Source of the DNA: Rhodospirillaceae bacterium
GTDB taxonomy: Bacteria > Pseudomonadota > Gammaproteobacteria > Steroidobacterales > Rariloculaceae
DNA: 64,000 bases
Direction of reading: 5' to 3'
Assembly (NCBI GenBank): GCA_024638465.1
Contig: JAHEKF010000008.1
Coordinates: forward strand, 4,549-68,548
In this document: positions 8,523 to 19,227 of the stretch, in pieces
How positions within the stretch are numbered: the stretch's first letter is position 1
Layout: every line of letters starts with the position of its first letter
Made by a program: the position numbers and the translations under genes
Notes under the pieces: generated by a model
Told to the model about the DNA's origin: nothing
Databases searched by the model: none
Seen by the model: the letters and a program-made list of their open reading frames with translations, nothing else

Positions 8523-10469
8523 ATGAGTGAACAAAAAATCTACCCGGTTTCGGCCGAGACAGCTGCGCATGCATGGGCCGATTCCGGCACCTACGAATCG
8601 ATGTATGCCGACTCGATCGAGAACCCGGAGTCGTTCTGGGCAGAGCATGCGCGAAAACTCGATTGGGTTAAGCCGTTTAAAGACATCAAAGACACGTCTT
8701 ACGCAGCCGACGACCTGCACATTCGCTGGTTCGCGGACGGTGAAATCAACGTCGCCACGAACTGCCTCGACCGGCATCTCGCGGAACGCGCGGACCAGGT
8801 GGCCATCATCTGGGAAGGAGATGAACCTGATGACACCGAGCACATAACCTACCGTGAGCTCCATGATCGCGTCTGCCGCTTCGGTAGCGCCCTGCGCACA
8901 CTGGGCGTCAAAAAAGGCGATCGCGTAACCATCTACATGCCAATGATTCCCGAAGCGGCGATCGCGATGCTCGCCTGTGCGCGTATCGGCGCGATCCATT
9001 CCGTCGTCTTCGGCGGCTTCTCTCCGGAGGCCCTGCGCGGACGTATCGAAGACTGCGAGTCGAACGTCGTAATCACCGCAGACGAAGGTATTCGTGGCGG
9101 CAAATCGATTCCACTGAAGGCGAATGTCGATGCAGCCATCGACGGGTTGACGAGTGAGCACGTCGATTCCGTGGTCGTCGTGAAACGAACCGGTAGCGAG
9201 ATCGGCTGGACCGATGGCCGCGATCACTGGTATCACGAAATCACATCCGCTGCCGATCCCGAGTGCAAAGCGGAAGTAATGAATGCCGAAGACCCGCTAT
9301 TCATTCTCTACACCTCCGGCTCGACCGGAAAACCGAAGGGCGTGCTGCACACCTCGGCCGGATACCTGCTGTTCGCATCCATAACGCATCAGTACGTCTT
9401 CGATTATCACGAGGGCGATATTTACTGGTGCACGGCGGATGTCGGCTGGGTCACGGGCCACAGCTATATCGTCTACGGCCCTCTCGCGAACGGCGCAACG
9501 ACACTGATGTTCGAGGGTGTACCCAACTACCCGGACTCGAGCCGTTTCTGGCAGATAGTGGACAAGCACGACGTCAACATTTTTTATACGGCACCGACGG
9601 CCATTCGCGCTCTGATGCGTGATGGCGATGAACCGGTCAAGCGGACATCGCGTCGATCGCTAAGGATCCTCGGTACCGTCGGCGAGCCGATTAATCCCGA
9701 GGCCTGGGAGTGGTACTACCACGTGGTCGGTGACTCGCGATGCCCCATCGTCGATACCTGGTGGCAGACCGAGACGGGCGGGATCCTGATAACGCCGCTC
9801 CCTGGCGCTACCGCGCTGAAACCGGGCTCGGCGATGCGGCCTTTCTTCGGCATCACGCCCGCAATCGTCGATCACGAAGGCAGTATCCGCGAGGGCGAGG
9901 CCGTCGGCAATCTCGTGATACTCGATAGCTGGCCCGGGCAGATGCGGACCGTCTACGGCGACCATCAGCGCTTTTTCGAGACTTACTTCAGCCAGTTTCC
10001 CGGCAAGTACTTTGCCGGCGACGGCGCACGCCGCGATGCTGACGGCGATTACTGGATCACCGGGCGCGTGGACGATGTCATCAATGTCTCGGGACACCGT
10101 ATGGGCACGGCCGAAGTCGAGAGTGCGCTCGTCGCGCATCCGAAAGTAGCGGAATCGGCGGTCGTCGGTTTCCCGCACGAGATCAAGGGCCAGGGGATTT
10201 ACGCCTACGTAACTCTGAACGCAAACGAGCCTCCGAGCGACGCGCTGCGCGATGAACTCGTCCTGTGGGTTCGCAAGGAAATCGGCCCGATCGCAGCACC
10301 GGACCTGCTTCAATGGGCGCCCGGGCTACCGAAGACGCGCTCCGGGAAAATCATGCGAAGAATCCTGCGCAAGGTCGCGGCCGATGACTTCGAGAATCTC
10401 GGCGACACGTCGACGCTCGCGGATCCATCGGTCGTCGAGGAGCTCATCGACAATCGAATGAACCGATAA
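8523..10469 (+). CDS. acs: Acetyl-CoA synthetase
   Basis: [31 protein letters not shown]; 648 aa. Confidence 0.98.
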   Translation: MSEQKIYPVSAETAAHAWADSGTYESMYADSIENPESFWAEHARKLDWVKPFKDIKDTSYAADDLHIRWFADGEINVATNCLDRHLAERADQVAIIWEGDEPDDTEHITYRELHDRVCRFGSALRTLGVKKGDRVTIYMPMIPEAAIAMLACARIGAIHSVVFGGFSPEALRGRIEDCESNVVITADEGIRGGKSIPLKANVDAAIDGLTSEHVDSVVVVKRTGSEIGWTDGRDHWYHEITSAADPECKAEVMNAEDPLFILYTSGSTGKPKGVLHTSAGYLLFASITHQYVFDYHEGDIYWCTADVGWVTGHSYIVYGPLANGATTLMFEGVPNYPDSSRFWQIVDKHDVNIFYTAPTAIRALMRDGDEPVKRTSRRSLRILGTVGEPINPEAWEWYYHVVGDSRCPIVDTWWQTETGGILITPLPGATALKPGSAMRPFFGITPAIVDHEGSIREGEAVGNLVILDSWPGQMRTVYGDHQRFFETYFSQFPGKYFAGDGARRDADGDYWITGRVDDVINVSGHRMGTAEVESALVAHPKVAESAVVGFPHEIKGQGIYAYVTLNANEPPSDALRDELVLWVRKEIGPIAAPDLLQWAPGLPKTRSGKIMRRILRKVAADDFENLGDTSTLADPSVVEELIDNRMNR

Positions 10470-10479
10470 GGCATCTCGA

Positions 10480-10746
10480 CTAAACTTGCTCGAAGTCGGG
10501 CGGCTTCTCCGAACCTTCGCCGAAAAAGAACTTCTCCATCTCCTGCTCGAGAAACTCGCGAGCCTTCGGCTCGATCGGCGTGAGCCGATACTCGTTAATG
10601 AGCATGGTCTGGTGACCGAGCCAACGCTGCCAGGCGAGCTTGGAAACGTTGTCAAAGATGCGCTGGCCGAGCTCGCCCGGATAAGTCGGCCGATCGAGGC
10701 CTTCGGACTCTGTTCCGAGCAGTACGCAGTTCACGATTCGTGCCAT
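10480..10746 (-). CDS. yggX: Fe(II)-trafficking / oxidative damage protection protein
   Basis: [33 protein letters not shown] signature; lies directly downstream of mutY. Confidence 0.95.
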   Translation of the reverse strand: MARIVNCVLLGTESEGLDRPTYPGELGQRIFDNVSKLAWQRWLGHQTMLINEYRLTPIEPKAREFLEQEMEKFFFGEGSEKPPDFEQV

Positions 10747-10761
10747 GGTTTCTCTTCGAAG

Positions 10762-11802
10762 TTAATGCAGTGTGCTCAGTAGCGCGGCAATCGGCGCCGC
10801 GATGCCGACATCGAGTTGTCCCTGCGGTTTATACCAAAGCCAATCCGCGCTATCCATTACACTCTCGACAGTGCCGTCCAGTTCGAGCATGAGCGGCTCG
10901 ATACGCAGATCGAAATGGGTGAAGGAATGGTCGATAGGCTCCAGCGACTGTCGGCTCGCCACGCCTGCGCCCAGTCGGCTGGCGCACCAGCTTGCTGCTT
11001 CGCTCGCGTCGGCCAGTTCAGGAAGGCTGTAGAGCCCACCCCAGATTCCCGTATCCGGTCGGCGCTCGAGCAGTACTCGGCGTGCCGGATCGCGGACAAG
11101 CAATACGGCAACGCTGCGCTGTCGGCGTGTCGCTCGCGGCTTACGGTGCGGAAATTCGCTCTGATTTCCGGCGATACGCGCAGCGCATCGCTCTCGAACG
11201 GGACATCGCGCGCAGCCCGGGTCGCTGCGCTTACACAAGGTTGCGCCGAGATCCATGATCGCCTGTGTGTAGTCGGCAACGTTTTCGTGCGGCGTAAGTT
11301 GTTCCGCCAGATTCCAGAGCTCGCGCGCGACGGAGGTATGCCCCGGCCAACCCGGTACCGCGAAGTATCTCGCAAGGACGCGCTTGACGTTGCCATCGAG
11401 TATGAATGCTCGCTTGCCGAAACCGAGCGCCAGTATCGCGCCTGCCGTCGAACGACCGATGCCAGGGAGCGCCACGAGCTCGTCCAGCGTTTGCGGCAAA
11501 CCACCGTCGTATTCATCAACGACAATTGCAGCCGCGTCATGGAGATTGCGCGCCCTCGCGTAATAGCCGAGGCCAGACCAGTGAGCCAGCACCTCGTCCC
11601 GTCGCGCGCGTGCTAGCGACGTTACGTCAGGGAAACGTTCGAGAAATCGCTCGAAATAGGGTATTGCGGTCGAAACCTGGGTCTGCTGCAGCATGATCTC
11701 GGATACCCAGATCGAGTAAGGCGTTGCCGAGCGCTGCCATGGCAGATCGTGACGGCCCTCTACGTCATACCAGTCAAGAACCTGTCGCGCGAACGCGTTC
11801 AA
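10762..11802 (-). CDS. mutY: A/G-specific adenine glycosylase
   Basis: WVSEIMLQQTQV, GLGYYARARNL, LPGIGRSTAGAI and the FeS cluster cysteines. TTG start at 11802. Confidence 0.96.
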   Translation of the reverse strand: MNAFARQVLDWYDVEGRHDLPWQRSATPYSIWVSEIMLQQTQVSTAIPYFERFLERFPDVTSLARARRDEVLAHWSGLGYYARARNLHDAAAIVVDEYDGGLPQTLDELVALPGIGRSTAGAILALGFGKRAFILDGNVKRVLARYFAVPGWPGHTSVARELWNLAEQLTPHENVADYTQAIMDLGATLCKRSDPGCARCPVRERCAARIAGNQSEFPHRKPRATRRQRSVAVLLVRDPARRVLLERRPDTGIWGGLYSLPELADASEAASWCASRLGAGVASRQSLEPIDHSFTHFDLRIEPLMLELDGTVESVMDSADWLWYKPQGQLDVGIAAPIAALLSTLH

Positions 11803-12392
11803 TCGATTTCGTAGGATGCGACGGGCAGCGACGCCGCTTCGCGTGCAAGCCTTTCGATTCGATTGATGGCTCCCACTCCCCCGCGCGTCAGACGCCGTTT
11901 GAGAACCCAGGGTCCGATCAGAGGCGGCACCCAGAAATCGGGCTCCATGACGAAACGATAGGTCATGCTCGTACCGCTCTCTTCGGGTTCCAGGGTCCAT
12001 TCGGAGGTGCTGAATCGGAAATCGCTCTGCTCCGGAAGAGTGTCGGTCCGAATGAAACCCGGCTTCGCCACGGTCATTCTCTCGACGCGACGCATACTCA
12101 CGCAGAAGAACAGGACACAACCCTCCATACGAGTGAAGATGATCGGAATGCCGTCTTCATCCGGTTCGAGAAATCCGTACTCTTTATAAGTACTGGAGAT
12201 TCGCCCGAACCGCTCGTAGTCGGTCAGCACCTCGAAGATCGCTTCGCGCGGGGCATCGATGAACGTGTTCGAGACGAGCCTGTAGACGCCATCGTCATAA
12301 TCGACTTCGATTGTGCGGATCGATGCCGCGCAAATGGTTCCGGCACCGAGCGCGCCGGCGGCCAACAGCGAAAGTCGCGCGATCAACGTCAC
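11799..12392 (-). CDS. Exported SRPBCC/START-fold (polyketide cyclase-like) protein
   Basis: Signal peptide; IDAPREAIFEVLTDYE and EPDFWVPPLIG patterns typical of SRPBCC proteins. Confidence 0.65.
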   Translation of the reverse strand: MTLIARLSLLAAGALGAGTICAASIRTIEVDYDDGVYRLVSNTFIDAPREAIFEVLTDYERFGRISSTYKEYGFLEPDEDGIPIIFTRMEGCVLFFCVSMRRVERMTVAKPGFIRTDTLPEQSDFRFSTSEWTLEPEESGTSMTYRFVMEPDFWVPPLIGPWVLKRRLTRGGVGAINRIERLAREAASLPVASYEID

Positions 12393-14467
12393 CGGTCGAA
12401 GATATTCCTCAGGCCTTCGAGCCGCTCTTCGAGTTCGTTGATCTCTTCGCGATCCTCCTCGTCGAGTCGCTCCTCTAGTTCCTGTTGCAGTGCTTCTTCA
12501 GCTTCGGCGCGAACCATTGCGCTGAAATCCGGCCGAACCGACGGAGCGCTCGCGGCTCCGGAGATGGACAGCGGCAACTCGTCACCGGCAAGATCGACCA
12601 TATCCGGATCGGACTGAAGCGTCTCACCGTCGACGAAAATCGCAACGACGTCGAAGTCGATCGTGTCTTCGACGAGGTTCAGCGTCCCTCCTCCCGTCGC
12701 GGTCATGAAATCGAGATCGGCCCGCAGGTCCCGGCTGGTCATTACACCGTCGCTCAGAACGCCCGACATGGAAACTTCGGAGATGGGGGTTCGCGGCGCA
12801 CCGGCAGCCCGCTGCGGCGCATCGCGACGGTCGAAGACTGCCCGCGCACGGCGCAGCTCGTACCACATATCGACGCCTTCCCAGGCACCATCCGCCAGAG
12901 AGAAAGACACGTCACCATCCAGTTGCCGGCGAACGTCGCCGAGATTTGCGCCTGCCGCAGACAGGTCCATGTTCAAATCGAGTGTGCCCGAAACCAGTTC
13001 GCCGTCGAGCAGATCGTTAACGAGTAACGCCGAATCGACGCCGCTCAGAGATTGGTCAATCGTCAGATTCGCCGAGCTTCCCTCGACCACGACCCCGATT
13101 TCGCCGCCGAACGTGCCGCCGTAGAGCCCTGCACGCGGCTGCAGCGCGACCCGCCCGTTAGCGGCCGTAAGGGAGAACTCGACGTCGCTCATCGTCAGAC
13201 CCGAAAATTGGGTTTGCGCGATCGCGATTCGTCCGTTTGCGTTAAGGGTACGCAATGCGTCGAGCGGCAGATCGACTTCATCCAGCGAACCCTCGTCATC
13301 GGCTGCACCTTCCGCGGGTGGTGGCAGATAGCGATCGAGGTTGATCTCGTTGATCGCGAGATCGAAGCGCAGACTGTCACCCACGTAACCGAGCTCGCCA
13401 ACGAGTTCGCTGTCGTCGAGGACGAGCGTGAGATCCTCGAGCATCATCCGGTTCGCGTCGTAAGCCAGATCCGCAGCGATGCTTGCGTTAGCCAAAACGT
13501 CAGGGTCGGCAGTCTCGATCTCCGTCCCGAGTTCGTTCAGCAATCCGCTCGGATCGAAATCTTCGATCTCGATGGCGCCGGCCAGCGTCAGGTTGCTGAA
13601 TAACCGGGTGCCGCTCAGAGATCCGGAAATGTTCAGGCCCAGTATCTCGAACTCGAGATCTTCCAGATCCAGCGTCTCCGCCTCGAGGTTCGCCGCGAGC
13701 GCGCTCAAGCTGAGGTTCGCCTCGCCCTCGCCTCCGGGCCAGGCAGATCCGCTACCGGCTATCCCGACATCGACACTGTCGAGTCGATAGACGTTGTCAG
13801 CAAGTCCCAGAGTTGCGTCCATTGATGCATCTACCGCTACATCGATCGAATCTCCGGCTAACGTGAACTCCAGATCCAGCGGAAACGCGACCCCGGGCCC
13901 GAAGCCCGACGCGTCCATATTGAAATTCCCGAGTTGCCAACTGGTCGAGGCGGCCGCATCGTTCCAGTTGATCTCGGCATCCGCAACGACGATCGCGCCA
14001 ACATCGAGGTCCAGCTCCGTACCGTCGGCAGACGCCTGATCGTCCGAAGCGGGCGTTGTCGCGGCGCCCCCGTCCATCTGCCAGTTGCTGTCGCCGGTTG
14101 CGCTGCGCTCCAGGTTCAGAACGAGCCCATCGAGACGGGCTTCGCCGATTTCGACCCTTCGCGACAACAACGGTAATAGCCCAACCGCTAGACTCGCGCC
14201 ATCGATTCGCGCGAAGGGTTCGGCTCCGAAGCCGGCGGCGTTGGAGAGCGTCGCTTCGCCCACCGCGATCCGGATACCGGGAAAGACGTCGAGTTCGAGA
14301 TCGCCTTCAAGCGTAAGCTGCCGGCCGGTTGACTGCTCGACTGCGGCCGAGATTTCTTCCTTGTAAGCGTTCGGGTCGAAGAACATCGTTAGCGCAACGA
14401 TGGCGACGACAAATAGCAGCACGACTGCGCCGCCAACGATTGCTATCAGTTTTACGATTCTTCCCAT
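12389..14467 (-). CDS. asmA: AsmA family protein
   Basis: N-terminal TM anchor, FDPNAYKEEI...TGRQLTLEGDL, repeated beta segments; upstream of mutY. Confidence 0.9.
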   Translation of the reverse strand: MGRIVKLIAIVGGAVVLLFVVAIVALTMFFDPNAYKEEISAAVEQSTGRQLTLEGDLELDVFPGIRIAVGEATLSNAAGFGAEPFARIDGASLAVGLLPLLSRRVEIGEARLDGLVLNLERSATGDSNWQMDGGAATTPASDDQASADGTELDLDVGAIVVADAEINWNDAAASTSWQLGNFNMDASGFGPGVAFPLDLEFTLAGDSIDVAVDASMDATLGLADNVYRLDSVDVGIAGSGSAWPGGEGEANLSLSALAANLEAETLDLEDLEFEILGLNISGSLSGTRLFSNLTLAGAIEIEDFDPSGLLNELGTEIETADPDVLANASIAADLAYDANRMMLEDLTLVLDDSELVGELGYVGDSLRFDLAINEINLDRYLPPPAEGAADDEGSLDEVDLPLDALRTLNANGRIAIAQTQFSGLTMSDVEFSLTAANGRVALQPRAGLYGGTFGGEIGVVVEGSSANLTIDQSLSGVDSALLVNDLLDGELVSGTLDLNMDLSAAGANLGDVRRQLDGDVSFSLADGAWEGVDMWYELRRARAVFDRRDAPQRAAGAPRTPISEVSMSGVLSDGVMTSRDLRADLDFMTATGGGTLNLVEDTIDFDVVAIFVDGETLQSDPDMVDLAGDELPLSISGAASAPSVRPDFSAMVRAEAEEALQQELEERLDEEDREEINELEERLEGLRNIFDR

Positions 14468-14534
14468 CGGATAATTCCTCGACTCGGAGTTGGAACGGAG
14501 CTACGCCGATCAATGTCGGCGCACCTCGAGGTAG

Positions 14535-15197
14535 TCATTGCATATAAGAACTTACAGCAAACTTCACCAGCTGCGCGGGTGTCTGCAGATTGAGCTTTTT
14601 CTTGATCCGCTGGCGATGCGATTCCACGGTCTTGACACTCAGGTTCAGGGTCTCCGCCACTTCGCGAGTCGTCCTGCCCTGGCCGATCAGATTCAACACC
14701 TGCAACTCCCGATTCGAGAGTCGCTCGATAGGATCGACCGTTGTACCGCGAGCCTCGCCGGAGAGCCGCTCGATCATGACCGAGCCCAGCGCCTCGCTGA
14801 CATAGACGCCGCCTGCCAGCACGCGGCGTAAAGCAACCAGAAGCTGGTCCGCCGCGGCCTGCTTCATGATGTATCCGTTGGCACCCGCGCTGAGAAGCCG
14901 CTCTGCGTACATGCTCTCGTCGTGCATGGACAGCACCAGCACTGGCAACTGGCGGGTTTCCATACGAATACGCTTCAGGAGCTCCATTCCGTCGCTGTCG
15001 GGGAGCGACAGGTCCAGAATGACAACATCCGGCCTGGCACTCTCGAGCACATCCAGCGCTTCCTCGACGCTCGCAGCGTCGCCGCCGACCTCGAGGTCGC
15101 TCTCGGCATCAATGAGCTGGCTCAGGCCCTGTCGGACGATCGGGTGATCGTCCACGATTAGAACGCTTCTGGTCCGCATTGCTGTCCCGTTCGCCAT
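14535..15197 (-). CDS. NarL/LuxR-family response regulator
   Basis: VDDHPIVRQGL, ILDLSLP, LSNRELQVL...KTVESHR helix-turn-helix. Confidence 0.93.
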   Translation of the reverse strand: MANGTAMRTRSVLIVDDHPIVRQGLSQLIDAESDLEVGGDAASVEEALDVLESARPDVVILDLSLPDSDGMELLKRIRMETRQLPVLVLSMHDESMYAERLLSAGANGYIMKQAAADQLLVALRRVLAGGVYVSEALGSVMIERLSGEARGTTVDPIERLSNRELQVLNLIGQGRTTREVAETLNLSVKTVESHRQRIKKKLNLQTPAQLVKFAVSSYMQ

Positions 15198-15322
15198 CTC
15201 GCCGGTAGCCGAGGCTGTGAACTCTAGTCTAGATCAATTCTAAGCGAATGTTCGGGGCGTAGAGAAGCAATTCACACCCAGCGATGTCGTCAGGAAATCA
15301 GCGGCGCCGAAGCTGAATGAAA

Positions 15323-17188
15323 TCACCAATGGAGCCGGAGCGCGACTTCCAGGATTTCTGCAGCGTAGTCGTCAAACATGTCCTCTACATAGTCGACGTC
15401 ACGGTAAGCGAACTCCAGCGCATAGTCATCCGTCAGGCGGAGATTTACGAAGGCGAAGAAATCGTCCCGATCGAGCTCGAAGCTACCATCATTTTCGTAA
15501 CTTCGAATGCTACCGCCAATAGTAACGATATCGTTGGCAGTCCAGCGTATCGAAGCGTCCATGAAGCTCGAATCAGCCGCATAACGTATGAGAAACCTGT
15601 CCTGACGGAAACCTGCCGAGACGAGCTGATCTATGCTTCGCTCAGTATCCACCGAAGTGTAGCCAGCCGCTAATTGCAGTCGTTCATTCCGATATGACAG
15701 GCGAATGGCAGTCTGTGCAGTGTCCGATGCCCACCCGGAGTTGCCGTTTTCCACGTCAATCTGATTGTGAGTTCCAGTTAGGGATAATCCGTTGTCCCAG
15801 CGATGCCGAAGACTGAGCTTGTAGCGCCGATTATCCGTCGCTGATGCGAGCGCGAGAGGATTATCGATGCTGTTGTCTTCTATGCTCCCACTCAGCTCCA
15901 GTCCTCGCTCGTTTCTGTAGAGGGCGCGCGCGAAGAAGCCGTCCCGGTCCGTCTCGACTCGGTCCATCCTCTGGTCCGTTCCCGAGGAGCGGAATCCCAA
16001 GGACTCGCGTTCCTCGTTCGAAACGCCGACGCTGAAGACGAGGTTCGTGCGAGCCGCAAACTCGACCCCGATCTCGAGGCCGTCTGTGTCGATATTCCAT
16101 GCGCCCGCGCCGCCGTCGGGGCCGAAGGACAATAATCCGCGCTGATCGAGCGAACTGCTGCGAACGCCGCCGACCAACCGCATTCTTTCGTTGACGTTGA
16201 ACCTGAAATCAACTTCATCGAAGTCGAGATCCCGTCCGATCTCAGCGCCGCCGGAGACGTCTGTCACGAATGACGCGCCTGTGAAACCGGTTCCCTCGGA
16301 ATTCTCGCTAGCGCTCATGTCCAGATCGAGATCCTCACGCCGCAGGGCGGCACGAAGCTGAAAACGCATCGTGGGGTTCGCAATCACGCGGACCAGATGA
16401 GCCCGACTATCGAAATCGTACGACTGATCGAGGAAATAAAACTGTAGATCTGCGGGATCGAGCGGATTCGTACCAGCCGAGGCTCCGGGCAGGAATATCT
16501 CGTTGGTGTTTTCGAATTCCCTGATCTCTTCCTGGAACACGACCGTCACCTTGTCCCACGAATGCTGAATACCGGCAGTCAGCGCGTTTAGCGACTCGTC
16601 AATTGGCCGATCCAGCTCGAACTCATCGCGCTGTATATCCAGTGTAGTAGTGCTGTCTCCGGAACGAGTCTGCCTTTCGAGACCAAACGAGAGCTTCGTA
16701 TCGGGAGACAAGTCGAGAGCGAGCGAGGCCGTATCTCGAACGCGCTCGAAATCAAAATGATGAAAATCGCCGCCTGTAACGGAATTGATACTGGCAAGTT
16801 CCGCTGGAACGAGTGTGTCCTCATAGAAATATTCGGAACGTCGATGATCGACCTTCAGAGAATAGGCGCCATACTTCCGAACGGACAAAGCGACCGATTC
16901 GTTCGGATCCCCGCCGAGATTCCTGGCACTTAGGTCGACACGGTCGACGATGGAATCGGAGTCTCGGCGCGGAGCATAATGCAGGTTGAGATCGAAGACA
17001 CGAACACCATCGTCCAGATTCACGTCTTCCCGGTATTTGGTCACCGCTCCGTCAACGTCTACGTTGCGAGCCCCAAGCGACACGCTACCCGTCAAAGGCG
17101 ACTCGCCCACCGCCTGAGCGAAACCAGGAAAGGGTTCGGCGAGCAACACCACTACGATCGGGTACGCAACCTGAAGTACGCGCTTCAT
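15323..17188 (-). CDS. mtrB: MtrB/PioB/MtoB-like decaheme-associated outer-membrane porin
   Basis: About 620 aa, signal peptide, KYREDVNL near the N-terminus, many amphipathic strands, aromatic C-terminus (LRLHW). ATG overlaps the decaheme gene stop. Confidence 0.8.
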   Translation of the reverse strand: MKRVLQVAYPIVVVLLAEPFPGFAQAVGESPLTGSVSLGARNVDVDGAVTKYREDVNLDDGVRVFDLNLHYAPRRDSDSIVDRVDLSARNLGGDPNESVALSVRKYGAYSLKVDHRRSEYFYEDTLVPAELASINSVTGGDFHHFDFERVRDTASLALDLSPDTKLSFGLERQTRSGDSTTTLDIQRDEFELDRPIDESLNALTAGIQHSWDKVTVVFQEEIREFENTNEIFLPGASAGTNPLDPADLQFYFLDQSYDFDSRAHLVRVIANPTMRFQLRAALRREDLDLDMSASENSEGTGFTGASFVTDVSGGAEIGRDLDFDEVDFRFNVNERMRLVGGVRSSSLDQRGLLSFGPDGGAGAWNIDTDGLEIGVEFAARTNLVFSVGVSNEERESLGFRSSGTDQRMDRVETDRDGFFARALYRNERGLELSGSIEDNSIDNPLALASATDNRRYKLSLRHRWDNGLSLTGTHNQIDVENGNSGWASDTAQTAIRLSYRNERLQLAAGYTSVDTERSIDQLVSAGFRQDRFLIRYAADSSFMDASIRWTANDIVTIGGSIRSYENDGSFELDRDDFFAFVNLRLTDDYALEFAYRDVDYVEDMFDDYAAEILEVALRLHW

Positions 17189-18123
17189 CGCAGAAACACA
17201 GGATCGAGATTGGAACCGTGTATCGTTACATGGCAATTGACGCATTGCGTGTCGAGACCGAACCGCGGTGGCGCGACCGGATTGAATCCCGAATGAAACT
17301 GCGGAACCTCGGCATGACAGCTGTAACAGAGTTCCGCAACGCGCTGGTGCGTGAGCATGTGGCGATTCGGCGAACCATGCGGGCTATGACAAGCCGTGCA
17401 GCCGTCAACTCGCGATGCAGCGTGTTCGAAAACGAAAGGACCGCCTTTGTCGCTGTGGCAACCCGCGCATTGCTCCTGCCTGAATCCACCGAGAAGCGAG
17501 AAACTCTCGCGAGAATGCGGATCATGACAGGAGGTACACTCGAGTACGCCTTCGGTCAGGCGATGGCGCTCGTTGAACGCGAAATCGGATGCGGTCCCGG
17601 CGTGACAGTCTACGCACAAAGCCGAGCTTCCGGAGAAGCCGAGCATGTCCCGAGACTGCATCGACAGCCGCAATAGCGACGCGACTGACTCGTCGGCGCT
17701 GTGCTGGCTGTGACAGCTGGCGCAGGTGAGTCCCGCCAGCGAGTGTTCGCTGCTTTCGAACTCGGGATGCGTATCACCGTGACACGATAGGCACGTCGCG
17801 TTCTGGGCGGTTGCTGGCTCTTCGCGAAACGCGAAGATATTACCGAGTCCGCCACCGGCGCCGATATGATCATCCGCATCGACATGGCAGTTCAGACACA
17901 CAAGAGAATTCCCGGTTTGTTCCTGCCACTCGACGGTATCGAGAAGATCGTGTGGGTTGCGCACGGTGGTCTCGAACTTGTCTCGGTGGCAAGCTGTACA
18001 TAGCGCCGTCGTCCGATCAACGCCCGGCTGCGCAGCAGCAGTCCCGCTGAGCAACAGGATACCGGCAGCAATCCAGATTGAACCAAGAAGGCGAATTACA
18101 GAAGCAGTGTTTTTGATCATCAC
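17185..18123 (-). CDS. mtrA: Decaheme c-type cytochrome, MtrA/DmsE/MtoA/PioA family
   Basis: Ten CxxCH motifs (CTACH, CLNCH, CLSCH, CASCH, CVDCH, CTSCH, CAGCH, CTACH, CYSCH, CVNCH), GPFVFEH, terminal IHGSN, signal peptide. Confidence 0.93.
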   Translation of the reverse strand: MMIKNTASVIRLLGSIWIAAGILLLSGTAAAQPGVDRTTALCTACHRDKFETTVRNPHDLLDTVEWQEQTGNSLVCLNCHVDADDHIGAGGGLGNIFAFREEPATAQNATCLSCHGDTHPEFESSEHSLAGLTCASCHSQHSADESVASLLRLSMQSRDMLGFSGSSALCVDCHAGTASDFAFNERHRLTEGVLECTSCHDPHSRESFSLLGGFRQEQCAGCHSDKGGPFVFEHAASRVDGCTACHSPHGSPNRHMLTHQRVAELCYSCHAEVPQFHSGFNPVAPPRFGLDTQCVNCHVTIHGSNLDPVFLR

Positions 18124-18213
18124 TATTTCGAATACTCTCGACCGCGGCAGCTATACGACATCGGTAGATGTGCGTATATATATAAGCTCGCGGCTGTCGA
18201 AGTCTCTGATGCT
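18124..18213. promoter_or_regulatory. Divergent promoter region shared by mtrAB and the nqr-like operon
   Basis: Only 90 bp between opposing starts; contains the palindromic AT tract TATATATATA (18175-18184) in a GC-rich background. Confidence 0.5.
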
Positions 18214-19227
18214 GTGAAAGATCCGCTGCGCCAGTACTTCGTCGCTTCGTTGCCTGCCGCCTTGGCGGGCGCCTGGATCCTTGGCGATCGCCTTCCACCC
18301 GAGTCTGCTGAAACCGCTGCCATCTGGCAACTCGCCCTGCTCGATCGACTGCAGATCCCTCTCGGGACACTCCCGAACTCTCTCGCGAACCTGGCGCTCG
18401 GAGCGAGCTTTCTGATACCGCTGCTGCTCACGGTTGTCCTGGTGAGCCGAATCTGGGCCGGGATCTTCGCGCGCGTCCGCAACCGTCCCCTGGACCCGGC
18501 CTGGTTCTTGTCCGCCTGGCTCTACTCATTACTAATACCAGCCACATTACCGCTGCATTACGCCGCGATCGGCTACAGCTTCGGCGCGATCTTCGGCTGC
18601 TATGTCTTCGGCGGGACCGGGCGTTATATCGTCAATCCCGCGTTGCTCGGAGTCGCCTTCCTCTCGATCTCGTATCCCGACCTCCTTGCGCACGACCGCT
18701 ACCTGCCCGGATCGGACGCCTTGTCTTCGTGGGCTTTTGTCGCGACCGAAGGAGTCGAGACAGCCGTATCCACCGGGGTTAGTTGGGTCGCGCTGTTTTT
18801 CGGTAGCGAGACGGGCGTCCTCGGTACCACCTCGGCGCTCGCCTCGCTGCTCGGAGCGGTCTACCTGATCGCCCGTAAGATCGCTTCCATAGGTATCGTA
18901 GCCGGCGCGCTGGTCGCAATTCTCATAACCGGCGAATTGATCAGCGAGATCCCCTGGCAGTGGCACCTGGCGCTGGGAAATTTCGCCTTCATCCTGGCCT
19001 TCATCGCGACGGACCCGACTACGAGGCCGACTACGACTGGCGGCTGCTGGGCCTATGGCGCGCTATTCGGTGTCCTGATCATTGTCCTGCGCATGGCCGA
19101 TCCCAATAACCCGGAAGCCAGCGTACCCGCCCTGATGCTCGCGAGTCTGTGTGTTCCGCTGATCGATTACATCGCCGACGCGGCAGCACCGCGCTCAAAG
19201 GCGCCCGAGGCTATCGGTCGTGACTGA
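18214..19227 (+). CDS. nqrB: Divergent NqrB-like membrane subunit (N-terminally truncated, FMN-site Thr absent)
   Basis: VFGGTGRYIVNPAL, PWQWHLALG.FAF, ATDP, PLID. Only 337 aa; PGSDALSSW stands where SGATALSQW is expected. Confidence 0.85.
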   Translation: MKDPLRQYFVASLPAALAGAWILGDRLPPESAETAAIWQLALLDRLQIPLGTLPNSLANLALGASFLIPLLLTVVLVSRIWAGIFARVRNRPLDPAWFLSAWLYSLLIPATLPLHYAAIGYSFGAIFGCYVFGGTGRYIVNPALLGVAFLSISYPDLLAHDRYLPGSDALSSWAFVATEGVETAVSTGVSWVALFFGSETGVLGTTSALASLLGAVYLIARKIASIGIVAGALVAILITGELISEIPWQWHLALGNFAFILAFIATDPTTRPTTTGGCWAYGALFGVLIIVLRMADPNNPEASVPALMLASLCVPLIDYIADAAAPRSKAPEAIGRD

